Notes under the pieces: generated by a model
Databases searched by the model: none
What the model saw: only the letters and a program-made list of their open reading frames with translations
What the model was told of the DNA's origin: nothing
Virus record (IMG/VR): IMGVR_UViG_3300028025_001824
Coordinates: 1-61,176 of that record
Direction: 5' to 3' (one strand)
From: a virus
Lineage: Duplodnaviria > Caudoviricetes
Length of the DNA stretch: 61,176 nt
Translations under genes and position numbers: made by a program
In this document: positions 28,901 to 37,261 of the stretch, one piece after another
Layout: each line of letters opens with the position of its first letter
How positions within the stretch are numbered: position 1 is the stretch's first letter

Positions 28901-29412
28901 TGAATACCAACTGATTTAAGAACTTCACTTCGCCCTGTAATAACGGCGTGTGTAAGCATATTAAATGTCTCGGTTGAGTTCTTACCAGAGACAACTGCGA
29001 GGTCTTGAGCCGCTCTAGCCAACTGAGAGGCATAGGCTAAATCTAAATTGTTTTGGGCGAACTTAATGGCTGATTGCTGGGCAATCTCCATTTCGATACC
29101 CATATCTTTTGTGGCTATCGCCGCATCTCTAATTGCTTGATAGCCAAGACCCGTTGCTTTTCCAACGGCGTTCATGGATACATCCAACTCGTCTACGCGA
29201 GCCGCCGCCATAAATGCCTGAGTGCCAAACGCAATCATCGTTGCAGTTGCAGTACCCGCCGCAATTCCGATACCCAGAACGGCACCGCGAAGGCGTGAAC
29301 TGCCCTCTGAGAAAGAATTCATAGACTGGGTAGCCTGTTGCATACCCTTTGTAAACTGTGCGGTTTCAGCGGTTAGCCGAGCGCGAACTTCCATGGTTGG
29401 AGTTTCTGCCAT
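25969..29412 (-). CDS. tape measure protein
   Basis: 1147 aa, Ala/Gly-rich helical protein with hydrophobic repeats, after the chaperone. Confidence 0.92.
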   Translation of the reverse strand: MAETPTMEVRARLTAETAQFTKGMQQATQSMNSFSEGSSRLRGAVLGIGIAAGTATATMIAFGTQAFMAAARVDELDVSMNAVGKATGLGYQAIRDAAIATKDMGIEMEIAQQSAIKFAQNNLDLAYASQLARAAQDLAVVSGKNSTETFNMLTHAVITGRSEVLKSVGIQKSAGQMYESFARSIGKSANALTYQEKQTAVATGALKEAAKVAGVYEAAMDSPGKVLRSFKRITNEIQVAIGGVLLKGLGPMIKAFYDVYKNISKALTKSETFKNVLKALEMVIVKLTAPVTAFLTYIGDMIKKFTEAKPPVEQLDGVLKSSQTTIVSMAEKFEMLLPVLASVGSAFAVMAGKQLFSAIPIFGQILAKLSPLPVALVVLAATSTQVRTAILNLLNAFKPLLPIFTAIAKAMSALSVVAVAVLAKAINALATIVRTSINFVKTYAGVFKTVAVVFGILAIGVGAYMAQVVILNAVTKIQTALTTAQATVTGFLAIQQGKLNMIMAMNPIGVYIGLIVALLAALGYLMATNEDFAKVVGKVFNFVMKVTVKAFAFIVKAIGYVLLGLSSYIKVLGFVAEVVAKVFEFIMDVVLTYYQFQLVVIQSIINAFINLMESQGILYDVVKTIFNGIIKIISLVVEGIIRVLAFIIGTIADLVGAFNDLFGGVKKVFLSILNVISNVAGGIFNVLENVASNIGEFLGFVYDKMTVFIRKLADLIEKLPKIGPEIAASIRSGLDAGRTLVTGFAGTLVGFGKKAFDGIVTGVETAVSKIGGIGAGVEKGLRATEKLLTNFAVKVEQFGGQDNGAKILQVMVSGAKLASSAIDTMIDAIQDVKDFDFARTVGSFIDGIAGKTEQAGQFLIGLSASMMEFADNTDFSAAVGDGISNFINKIKDSLKEGLGFGDILAEEKKKYNEASTIVDDTKAAEDALKAADRMKAIREAMQAGIDSIKGVLDDLRKASGEFADSLKDTIVGFAGLKSIELPDGFVPKAKSLIENMRQRLDKSNQFAQQIATLQAMGLDSGALKDIIESGPVKGAQLAASILGGGAEAIQQINSLQKAISFSGAAIGQYGADAAFGGLIGNAQAQLNRLTEAELATRTSGNNQFIQQGAFQVVVNTSGAANTEEEIKMITDKIEQTFAILAKELAAK

Positions 29413-29606
29413 TATCGCCTCGCTTTCGCTCTACGCTCTGCCTTCTCTTGCTCTTTTGCCTTGAGAGTCCAAAGCGCAGTCCACTCAGTTAATTCCATAC
29501 TTGTAAGTGGGCGGTGTGCTGGACTCCCGTAAAGAAGTTCAGCCACCGACCTACCCAACTTTTCTGCTAATTCGAAAAGAAATCTACGCTCAGGATTCTT
29601 TAGGAA
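29412..29606 (-). CDS. tail assembly chaperone frameshift extension (gpT-like)
   Basis: +1 frame FLKNPERRFLFELAEKLGRSVAELL...EW..LW; stop overlaps the TMP ATG. Confidence 0.7.
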   Translation of the reverse strand, partial: FLKNPERRFLFELAEKLGRSVAELLYGSPAHRPLTSMELTEWTALWTLKAKEQEKAERRAKARR

Positions 29607-29949
29607 ATCGTGCCTGTGCTTCGTCTACCGCCTCTGCTGTAAGACCAGATGAGCCAAGTGCCTTTGTAGCAAGGCGCTCAACTACCGCGCCATTCTTAGA
29701 AAGGATGGACTCTTTATCTTGGTCTGTAAAGACAGGTAGACCTGTTGCTGGGTCATAAACAGTTGCGATAACTGTCATGGCGTACATAAGACCGACATCT
29801 GTTTTGTCGCCCTTAGATGCGCCCTCACCCAACTTGGCGCGTTCCGCCGCTGTCATGGAGCGAACCTCTACGGTTACTCCCCACTCTGGAACTTCTACAA
29901 GTTCCTTTGTGATGTCATCGGCACTAAAGATTGTTTCTTTGAGACTCAT
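29590..29949 (-). CDS. tail assembly chaperone (gpG-like)
   Basis: VEVPEWG..VEVRSMT.AER; between tail tube and TMP. Confidence 0.85.
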   Translation of the reverse strand: MSLKETIFSADDITKELVEVPEWGVTVEVRSMTAAERAKLGEGASKGDKTDVGLMYAMTVIATVYDPATGLPVFTDQDKESILSKNGAVVERLATKALGSSGLTAEAVDEAQARFPKES

Positions 29950-30006
29950 TTATTTCTCCTTGGACACTAGGTTGGTCACGACTTATTAAGTTGTACTGCT
30001 ATTTAA

Positions 30007-30426
30007 TTATGCTGAGAATGTACCGCGTGTTACCGCGCCTGTTACTTGGAATTCTGCTGAGTATGTCACGACATCTCCAACAGCGCCAGACTTCTCGTAA
30101 GAAGTCATAATGCACTCACCTGTGTACTTAGTTGAGCCGTTGGCTGTGCCTTCTGGACCGTACTCAAATGAAAGTGTTGCCGCTTGACCTAATACTGCCG
30201 CTAGGTGAGTATCAACTGTTGCATCGAAGTTACCTGATACTGAAACGGTTGAGTCTGACAAACCGACAATGTAGGTCTTTGCAGAACTTCCGAAACTTGT
30301 AGTTTCGGCTGTCTCAATTGTCTGAGGGAATGAAACATCTGTGAGTGTATCTGAAATGTTGGTAAGTGTGCCAGCCGCATTGTCTACCTTGAATGAGGTG
30401 GACTTACCATGACGAAATGTAGGCAT
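30007..30426 (-). CDS. major tail tube protein
   Basis: ETAETTSFG...YIVGL.D...SGNFD...YTG...SAEFQVTG. Confidence 0.85.
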   Translation of the reverse strand: MPTFRHGKSTSFKVDNAAGTLTNISDTLTDVSFPQTIETAETTSFGSSAKTYIVGLSDSTVSVSGNFDATVDTHLAAVLGQAATLSFEYGPEGTANGSTKYTGECIMTSYEKSGAVGDVVTYSAEFQVTGAVTRGTFSA

Positions 30427-30429
30427 TTA

Positions 30430-31161
30430 TTATCTCCTTGAAAAAGCCACGATTGGGGTGGCGCTACCTGTGGAACCTGCAACCGTGTAGTTCACGCGCA
30501 GGTATCTTGCTACTGATGTTCCAGCCGCAACTTCAACTCGGTAAGAAATCTTTTGAGTTGATGTGACTGCGGTGAATGTCACCAAATCCGTAAATGTTGA
30601 GTTGTCGGCTGACTGCTGAACCTTTACGGTGATATTTCCGTTTCGGGTATTAGTCGGAACGGAAAGATATGCAACTCCACCATTGGCTGATGAAGCGCCA
30701 TTGTCCACGCCTGTTCCGTTTCCAGTTGCGCTAACGGCTGAACCAGAGGACAAGATGACCCCGTGTTCTACACCATTAGATGACTGGAACTCAGCACTTG
30801 CTTGGACAACATCTGCGATTGCTCCTGATACCTCGTATGAAGTGGCATCGGACTCAAGCATGACAGCGCGAGCGCCGTTAGCGTGACCTTCGGTTGCAAC
30901 AATAACTTTTTCTTTTGTTGTGCCTCCGAGAACTGTTGCGAAATAGGCATCTGTACCAACACTTGCTGTTGCCTCGAACATACCTGAAAGCGATACGGTT
31001 CCATCTTTTAGACCTGAGATGTACTCCTTGGCGCTTGAACCAAAGGTACTTGTCTCGGCTGTCTCAACTGTTGTTGATGCGCTTACATCATTGAAATAAG
31101 ATGAGAAATCAAACTCATCTACGAAAACTTGTACATTTTTACCGTGACGGAAAGTAGGCAT
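30430..31161 (-). CDS. tail tube paralog with C-terminal extension
   Basis: Shares MPTFRHGK, ETAET..FG and GL.D...SG.F with 30007..30426. Confidence 0.75.
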   Translation of the reverse strand: MPTFRHGKNVQVFVDEFDFSSYFNDVSASTTVETAETSTFGSSAKEYISGLKDGTVSLSGMFEATASVGTDAYFATVLGGTTKEKVIVATEGHANGARAVMLESDATSYEVSGAIADVVQASAEFQSSNGVEHGVILSSGSAVSATGNGTGVDNGASSANGGVAYLSVPTNTRNGNITVKVQQSADNSTFTDLVTFTAVTSTQKISYRVEVAAGTSVARYLRVNYTVAGSTGSATPIVAFSRR

Positions 31162-31472
31162 TATTTCTCCTCAACTGGGCGCTGGTGAATTGTTCCATCT
31201 TGAAGAAAACCATCTCCATCGCCATCTGTGGCATCTGGGTCAAATCCATCTTCTTCTTTGACAGCCTCAACTGGAGCCTCGATTACTGGCTCAACAACTG
31301 GTTCAGTCTTTTTTTCTTCAACTTTAATTACTGGCTTAGAGGAATCCTCAATAGCGCCAGACTCAAGTAGCCACTTGATTGATGTGGCTGGCAAATCTTC
31401 TACAACATCGCCAATTTCGGCGCGTTTGTTTGGTGGGTAATCAATACCCTGAAGTACGCGGTACTTAGCCAT
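31161..31472 (-). CDS. acidic virion-associated protein with DGDGDG...DGT motif
   Basis: AGGAGG RBS; first gene of the tail operon. Confidence 0.75.
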   Translation of the reverse strand: MAKYRVLQGIDYPPNKRAEIGDVVEDLPATSIKWLLESGAIEDSSKPVIKVEEKKTEPVVEPVIEAPVEAVKEEDGFDPDATDGDGDGFLQDGTIHQRPVEEK

Positions 31473-31594
31473 TTATTCCTCCTTGACGGCGCATGGGTAG
31501 CCCAAGTACACCGTCTAAGGTCACACGGACACGGAGGTAAGACGACTAACTCGGGCGACTAGCGCACATTAAGGAAAGTGTACCGTATGGGTTT

Positions 31595-32707
31595 TTAGAC
31601 AAACTTGCAACGAGTAAGAACTGTTGAGTAAACATCCTTGTACTCATCTGAACCCTTGACTGTTCCCTTGATTTTGACCTTATCGCCAATTTCAACATTG
31701 CCACCGCTGGATGAGAACCACTTGAACTGGTAGCCACCCTCGTTTACAAAAGTGAACAATGTTGTCCAGCCATATTGTGTTTCGAAAGTATTGGAGCCAG
31801 CCACGGTAACTTCGACCTCAATCTTGGAGCCTGTCTCAGCAAACTGCTCCTTCTTGAATTCGACCTTTTCCACGACTGCCTTCTCACGCTGATTTGATTC
31901 AGCCTTGACGATGCTAACCGCAATACCGACTGTTGAATCTTTTTGGAACTTTAACTGGCAGACGGAACGCACATTCTGGGCGTATGAACTCTCACCTTCG
32001 AAGTTCTTGCCCCACTCGATAAGTTGGCGAGCCTTCTCGTACTCAGCCTCTCCAGCCTCACCGATTTCATTCTTTGCCCAGATTTCGTTGTATTGGTGAA
32101 TGTTCTTGAGAGCGCCCCACACTAAATCCTTTGTAGAAACACCCTCAGATGCCTTCACATAACCTAACTTCTTAACTGCCAAGATAGCGTGAGCGATGAT
32201 TGCCTCTGTGCTAATCGCAGAGATTCTCCCACCTGAAACGCCACCGAACTCATCTTCGAAGTCTTGTTCTGCAACTAAAGCGCTCGCATAGAAAGTCCAG
32301 CCGATGAAGTCCTTAACGCAACTTGAGCCGACCTGACTCAACTTTCCTTCTTCGTTCTTGACGAAGATAACCTTGCCACGGTTACGAACTTTCTGGCAAT
32401 GGTCGCAATATCCTTTTTTGACATCGGATGCTTGAATTGAGATTTCCTGAGAGATGCCGTGAAGAATAACTTGTTCTTCAATGAACTCAGCCACGCCTAC
32501 GAATTCCCAGCCCTGATACTTGAGTGGTTCGCCTTCAATCACTAAGACCTGATACTGGCACTCAACGCCCTTGATTTCTTCAACGCGCTCTTGGATGCTG
32601 ACTTTGAAACCGCCAGATAATCCTTGCTTCTGACCGCGCTGAGCAATCTTTTGCGCTCTAATAAGAGTCTTATCAACATTGACTTCGGAGATTCTGAACT
32701 CTCTCAT
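31595..32707 (-). CDS. hypothetical protein with CxxC and C-terminal OB-fold-like domain
   Basis: CDHC...VGSSC; TQYG...KW...KGTVK...TVLTR; has its own promoter. Confidence 0.75.
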   Translation of the reverse strand: MREFRISEVNVDKTLIRAQKIAQRGQKQGLSGGFKVSIQERVEEIKGVECQYQVLVIEGEPLKYQGWEFVGVAEFIEEQVILHGISQEISIQASDVKKGYCDHCQKVRNRGKVIFVKNEEGKLSQVGSSCVKDFIGWTFYASALVAEQDFEDEFGGVSGGRISAISTEAIIAHAILAVKKLGYVKASEGVSTKDLVWGALKNIHQYNEIWAKNEIGEAGEAEYEKARQLIEWGKNFEGESSYAQNVRSVCQLKFQKDSTVGIAVSIVKAESNQREKAVVEKVEFKKEQFAETGSKIEVEVTVAGSNTFETQYGWTTLFTFVNEGGYQFKWFSSSGGNVEIGDKVKIKGTVKGSDEYKDVYSTVLTRCKFV

Positions 32708-32732
32708 GGACTTGCCCCTTTCTGACAAGATA

Positions 32733-32761
32733 ATCATACCAAACTGGGGTTAATAATGCAA
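32733..32761 (-). promoter_or_regulatory. sigma70-type promoter with AACCCCAGT box
   Basis: TTGCAT-17 nt (tattaaccccagtttgg)-TATGAT. Confidence 0.8.
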
Positions 32762-32763
32762 CA

Positions 32764-32808
32764 ATAAGAAAGCCCCTTGGCGCTTCCCCGTCACCAAAGG
32801 GCTTTCAA
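32764..32808 (-). terminator. intrinsic terminator
   Basis: gaaagccccttgg / ccaaagggctttc stem with U-rich tail in the minus sense. Confidence 0.7.
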
Positions 32809-32819
32809 ATCTGAACCTA

Positions 32820-33104
32820 TCACGAACTCTCTCTGCGAGCGCGTTCCTCTCGAATCATGGCGAGTGTTAAAAAGTAGCCAATCCCGTCTACAACTGTATC
32901 GGGCTTGGTGATATGGGCTTCTCGGGCAATCTTGACTCCCACCATACATAGGCTCACCTGCTCCGCTGTGACCTCTATGCCGAGGATAGCGCTCCAGATT
33001 TGAGCCGCCCTAGTGAAGTTATCCAAAGGATGCCCATAAGCCTCCTGACGGTCTCCAGAGACGAGTTCCGCCGCATATAGGGCTATGTCTCTAGGGTCAT
33101 TCAT
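32820..33104 (-). CDS. DUF6378-like protein
   Basis: DRQ.AYG.P.DNF...A.IWS...M...KIAR...D..VD..GY. Confidence 0.75.
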   Translation of the reverse strand: MNDPRDIALYAAELVSGDRQEAYGHPLDNFTRAAQIWSAILGIEVTAEQVSLCMVGVKIAREAHITKPDTVVDGIGYFLTLAMIREERARRESS

Positions 33105-34300
33105 TGAAGCAGTTGGAGGTCTGTTATCCCCCGTTCCGACACAACAAATGTCAGAACTCCCACATCCGCAGTTTCTCCCGTTGATTGACTCCACCATACG
33201 CTTCCTCCATCCAACGCGGGGGCTTGGAGCCACTTAACTCCACCCCAATCTGCCATCTTGAGTGAATGATAATGACCAGTCACTAAAATATCGCAATCTC
33301 CAATTTTGTTGCGCCCGAGTGTCTGGTCAGCAATCCATCGGCGGAGTTTTGCTTCAACTCCTGCTCCAGCGCGAGCCAAGTGACCATGAGTAATTCCGAT
33401 GATTTTAGTTCCCGCTTCAACTGTCAGCGATAAGGCATCTGTTGGAATGGCGAACTTGATATGTCCATAGGCTTCAGGATTGGCTTGGAAGATTTCCGCC
33501 ACGGACTCAACTAGGGCTACATCGTCATTGTCATTGAGAGTCGTGAAGGCTTTTCCGTTCTTACGGTTTTCGCCATGGTTTCCACCAATCGCCGCAACTG
33601 TAATTTCAGGAGCGAACTTAGACCAGCGGATTAGGGCATCACGGAGCAGACGGCGAGCAATCTTTACTTGGTCTCGTCTATCAACTTCCACGGTAAAAGT
33701 CTGGATGTCATAATGTCCATCACAACCTTCAACTAAATCACCGAGGCAAAGGACAGTTATGGATTCGATAGGTCTGCCCATCTTTTTCAATTCTTTGTAT
33801 CGTGCTTCAACATCATCAATGGCTTGGAGCCAGCGACCAACTAAACCTTTAAGTCCGTCTCCATCTTTCTTACCGACCTGCCAATCTGCGGCGACTACAA
33901 CTAAACTCGCGCTACCTTCAATGAGTGGCTTTCTTTCTCTGGGCTTATGCTTTCGTATCTCTTGAATCAAATCGTCTATATCGGCGCGTTCTTTAGCCCC
34001 TTTACGAACGACCTTTCCTTTCCATTGGCGGTTGAGCGCACCTTCGGCGTTCCCCCACACATTGAACAAAACAGGCTCGACAACAGCAAAGTTGTCGGGG
34101 TCGAGACCCCAGATACGAAGAACTCCTGACCAATCTGGGTGAGCATCGCCCACCATTGGTTCTGTAGTTACTACGCCTTCATTACCATCCCATGAAACCC
34201 CAGGAGTCCATTCAGCGCTTCTTTTGCGCGACTCCATAGGTTGAGTCGTATTGTTTTCTGTTGTTTTTAATAAGTTCTCAAGAGCATCATCTAAATTCAT
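33101..34300 (-). CDS. calcineurin-like metallophosphoesterase
   Basis: ADWQ, LGDL, GNHG, THGH and GHYH motifs. Confidence 0.88.
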   Translation of the reverse strand: MNLDDALENLLKTTENNTTQPMESRKRSAEWTPGVSWDGNEGVVTTEPMVGDAHPDWSGVLRIWGLDPDNFAVVEPVLFNVWGNAEGALNRQWKGKVVRKGAKERADIDDLIQEIRKHKPRERKPLIEGSASLVVVAADWQVGKKDGDGLKGLVGRWLQAIDDVEARYKELKKMGRPIESITVLCLGDLVEGCDGHYDIQTFTVEVDRRDQVKIARRLLRDALIRWSKFAPEITVAAIGGNHGENRKNGKAFTTLNDNDDVALVESVAEIFQANPEAYGHIKFAIPTDALSLTVEAGTKIIGITHGHLARAGAGVEAKLRRWIADQTLGRNKIGDCDILVTGHYHSLKMADWGGVKWLQAPALDGGSVWWSQSTGETADVGVLTFVVSERGITDLQLLQ

Positions 34301-34677
34301 TTTTCACACTTGCATCCGTCTAAGCCTTGCAACCTACGGCGGTGACGGCGAACTACATTCGAACTCATCTCAAACCCAAAGTCAGCCAGAACCTTTGTTA
34401 TTGCGGTTCCTTCAATTGAGGGATTCTTAAGAGTTTCCATTAGTTTTGACGAGAAGGATTCAGGCAACTCTCTCATCAATTTACCCATCGCGCACTCATG
34501 CCCAGGCAAGGTCTTTTTTCCATTGAGCGAGTCTAACTTAGAGGTGAAATCATCCAGACTTATTTTTTGACTTACACCTTGGACATCGGATAGACCATGG
34601 GCGCGTTGCCGACTCAAAGAGGAGTCTGTCGCATTTCCAGCACCTTTGGAACTCGTCTGTCGTTGCGTTTCTGCCAT
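34297..34677 (-). CDS. small putative DNA-binding protein (start uncertain)
   Basis: C...VRRHRR...CKC; upstream of the phosphoesterase. Confidence 0.6.
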   Translation of the reverse strand: MAETQRQTSSKGAGNATDSSLSRQRAHGLSDVQGVSQKISLDDFTSKLDSLNGKKTLPGHECAMGKLMRELPESFSSKLMETLKNPSIEGTAITKVLADFGFEMSSNVVRRHRRRLQGLDGCKCEK

Positions 34678-34738
34678 ACGGGTCTACCACTCTCTCTTGG
34701 GGAGCCGTTGGCTCCTGTGCTATTTCCTCACTAGACAT
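34550..34738 (-). CDS. Mu Com-like zinc-finger protein
   Basis: RCWKCDRLL...IRCPRCKSKN. Confidence 0.65.
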   Translation of the reverse strand: MSSEEIAQEPTAPQERVVDPYGRNATTDEFQRCWKCDRLLFESATRPWSIRCPRCKSKNKSG

Positions 34739-35145
34739 CGAAAATTCGCCGATAATAGTGGTCTTTGCTTTGGGTCTATACCCAATGGATTAACACTACC
34801 CATTGGCTCTATACGCAAAACATGGACACCCGAAATTGTGACACCAGTTATCGAAGCAAGCAAGTTTCGAATATCTTCAATTTTGTCTCTGGCTGTTGGA
34901 TAATCTTCTTTCCCTGCGCGAGAAATAATCTGGAGCATCGGGTAATCAATAACGATGCCTCCGCTTCCCATGGTAAAGGCTGGTGGGGTTCCAGAGTTTT
35001 CGTAGATGGCTGTGCATACATCAGGAGACTCAGGAAGGGTGGCTAAAAATAGGTTAGTTCCAAGGGTGCCTTGAGAAGCGTGTGCGCCAAAAGCGCTTGC
35101 TGTGTTCTGCAAGTAATCGCCTATGGACTCAAGAATCGTTGCCAT
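34720..35145 (-). CDS. tail terminator-like protein
   Basis: P.LQI..R...Y..A...LG.D...RP...NF; neck position. Confidence 0.75.
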   Translation of the reverse strand: MATILESIGDYLQNTASAFGAHASQGTLGTNLFLATLPESPDVCTAIYENSGTPPAFTMGSGGIVIDYPMLQIISRAGKEDYPTARDKIEDIRNLLASITGVTISGVHVLRIEPMGSVNPLGIDPKQRPLLSANFRCLVRK

Positions 35146-35552
35146 TACACCGCTCCATTCTTTCTCATTAAGTCAATGATACGCCTAGCCATATTTTGCT
35201 GAATTTCTGGCAATCTTTCCATAAAAGGTTGCTCCAGATATTTAGCCTGAGTTGGCGGGTTATGGTAATTGCCTAGAATCTCATGGACATACATGGCGTA
35301 TGGAGCGGCTGGTCCACCGAAGAAAATATCAACTCCGATGCCTTGAGGAGTGTTCATTGGAGCCGAGACTCCGCCTGAGCCACGCAAAGCGCCTGTATCA
35401 ATAGGGGTCAAAATCATCGCTCTGGCAAAAATCATGTTGGCTTCTTCAAGGATTACTTGACCAACAATTTTGCCAGCATCCTTGCCAGATAACTCCAGCA
35501 TATTGCGTAACTCTTGAGCGCCCTCTAGTTCAAATGTAAAAGTTTGCGCCAT
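35145..35552 (-). CDS. HK97 gp10-like neck protein
   Basis: PIDTGALRGS, PYA.YVHE, AKYLEQP. Confidence 0.85.
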   Translation of the reverse strand: MAQTFTFELEGAQELRNMLELSGKDAGKIVGQVILEEANMIFARAMILTPIDTGALRGSGGVSAPMNTPQGIGVDIFFGGPAAPYAMYVHEILGNYHNPPTQAKYLEQPFMERLPEIQQNMARRIIDLMRKNGAV

Positions 35553-35554
35553 GG

Positions 35555-35893
35555 TTATCTACCAAAGCGTATGACGGTGTGATGCGCTCCGTTTTCGTCT
35601 GCGATGTTATCAACTGCATTGATAGTAAATGTGTCGTTTCCGACTACCATTCTATGAGAAACGGTGATTGAAGTCTGTGGACCTTTAGTGATAAAACGAC
35701 CAATATCGGTAACTTCAACTCCTTGAACATCTCGACTTCTAATCGTGTCATAGATGAGGCGACCAGTAGCCGAGATATTTGTTTGGGCATTGCCAAAAGT
35801 GGTTTTGTTGTATTTATCAACTGATGCCTTTGGGGTAAAGACCACGGTATCGCTCATAAACTCAGCGACTTTGTTGTAGATAGCATCTGCCAT
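35555..35893 (-). CDS. head closure protein
   Basis: Size and position between the adaptor and gp10-like genes. Confidence 0.7.
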   Translation of the reverse strand: MADAIYNKVAEFMSDTVVFTPKASVDKYNKTTFGNAQTNISATGRLIYDTIRSRDVQGVEVTDIGRFITKGPQTSITVSHRMVVGNDTFTINAVDNIADENGAHHTVIRFGR

Positions 35894-35903
35894 GGCTACA
35901 CCC

Positions 35904-36350
35904 CTACTCTACGATGCGTGTTTCGTAGAAAGAGTTTGGGTTATCCATCTGACCAACTACAAAGTCTGTATTGTAATCGGTGGTTGTCTTGTCATCTGTA
36001 GACTTAAGAGCATCGGTCTTAGCCCATGGGCGAGGAGGAGATTTACGCATCTTGCGCTGAAATAGGCTGTGAGCCAACTCTTTGTAGTGCGTTACCTTTG
36101 AACTATAAGACTCTGAAACTGAAATATCGCCAACGCTCTTTGATGTGCTATCGGCTAGACGGGCAAAGCGAGCGATAAGAATTTCAGCCAACTCACGCGC
36201 CGCTTCATAGGAATCATTTGACCACTCGGTTAAGACATAGGAAATTTCTTCATCTGAGAAAAGGGCATCTGTTGAATCTGTATCGTTAAGAAGAAAACGA
36301 ACATAGTTTCTAGCAGATGTACTCGGGTCTCCTGAATATGTAAATGTCAT
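35904..36350 (-). CDS. head-tail adaptor
   Basis: VRFL..DTD....FSDEEI...A...SVGD.SVS. Confidence 0.8.
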   Translation of the reverse strand: MTFTYSGDPSTSARNYVRFLLNDTDSTDALFSDEEISYVLTEWSNDSYEAARELAEILIARFARLADSTSKSVGDISVSESYSSKVTHYKELAHSLFQRKMRKSPPRPWAKTDALKSTDDKTTTDYNTDFVVGQMDNPNSFYETRIVE

Positions 36351-36895
36351 TACATACCACCAAGGAATAAACTAACTGTGCGAGCGTAATCAAGAACATT
36401 AGCCTCAGTAGTTAGCGTTCCAGTCTCATCTGGCAGAGTTACAGTTCTATCGGCTGTTGGCTCACCCGCTGAGAGGGTAAGTTCAAAGGCATTGGCTGTA
36501 GTTCCCTCAAAGACAATGTTTTGAGAAAAAGCCAACTCAAGCCCTGACTGCTGACCAGTAAAGGTCGCATTGCTGATAGTTGGTGAAGTCAGAGCCGTAA
36601 TGTCTGTGAGGTTTCCAGTCGTAATGACTGTTCCGCTAACATTTGCAAAAGTCACGGTTCTATCGGCTGTTGGGTCTACAACTGTAAGAGTTGTTTCAAA
36701 GCCGTTTGCCGTTGCGCCCTCAAAGACTAACTCAGTTGGAATCTGGATATTGCCAGTAAAGGTTGCTCCAGCAAGAAGGGCGTAATCGCTTAACTCTGTA
36801 TCTACATCCGTAGCAAGGTTTTGAATATCGGTATGGATGGCAGGGTTATCTCCCGCTGTTGGGTAGCGTAAACCTTTTGTTGTTGTACCTGCCAT
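36350..36895 (-). CDS. virion fibre-associated protein
   Basis: Two FEG.TA..FE.TL...PTADRTVT repeats. Confidence 0.7.
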   Translation of the reverse strand: MAGTTTKGLRYPTAGDNPAIHTDIQNLATDVDTELSDYALLAGATFTGNIQIPTELVFEGATANGFETTLTVVDPTADRTVTFANVSGTVITTGNLTDITALTSPTISNATFTGQQSGLELAFSQNIVFEGTTANAFELTLSAGEPTADRTVTLPDETGTLTTEANVLDYARTVSLFLGGM

Positions 36896-36911
36896 TTTAT
36901 ACTCCTTTTAT

Positions 36912-37244
36912 TTATATTGTTGCTAAAACCCAAGACAAAGTTGCTTCATCCCAGTCGTAATTTCCTTCAGGGCGAGCAACTGGGGCTTCCCAAAGATAAG
37001 TTTCTGTATTTAGTGTCCAAGATGGATATGGGCTTGGAGGAGCGAATCCGATTCCATCAAAGGTATATCCAACTCCAGCATAGTTTTTATGAATAGGAAT
37101 TTTACCGCCAGAGTGAACTCCGCCATAGGTATTGTATGAAGTTTGTATCCATTCACCACCTAGATTTTGTTCACACCAATCGGGACCATCAGCAACAATT
37201 ACTCTCGTAACTATTCCATTTTCTACTTTTGCGTAGTGTGCCAT
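36912..37244 (-). CDS. MAHYA-type partner of Gly-rich fibre
   Basis: MAHYAK...QTSYN...KNYAG.G...PYPSW. Confidence 0.7.
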   Translation of the reverse strand: MAHYAKVENGIVTRVIVADGPDWCEQNLGGEWIQTSYNTYGGVHSGGKIPIHKNYAGVGYTFDGIGFAPPSPYPSWTLNTETYLWEAPVARPEGNYDWDEATLSWVLATI

Positions 37245-37261
37245 TTTTATTCCTTTTCTTC

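Noticed and set aside
26178-29464. Antisense and alternative ORFs within the tape measure gene
   Set aside because: No independent signals; typical shadow ORFs.
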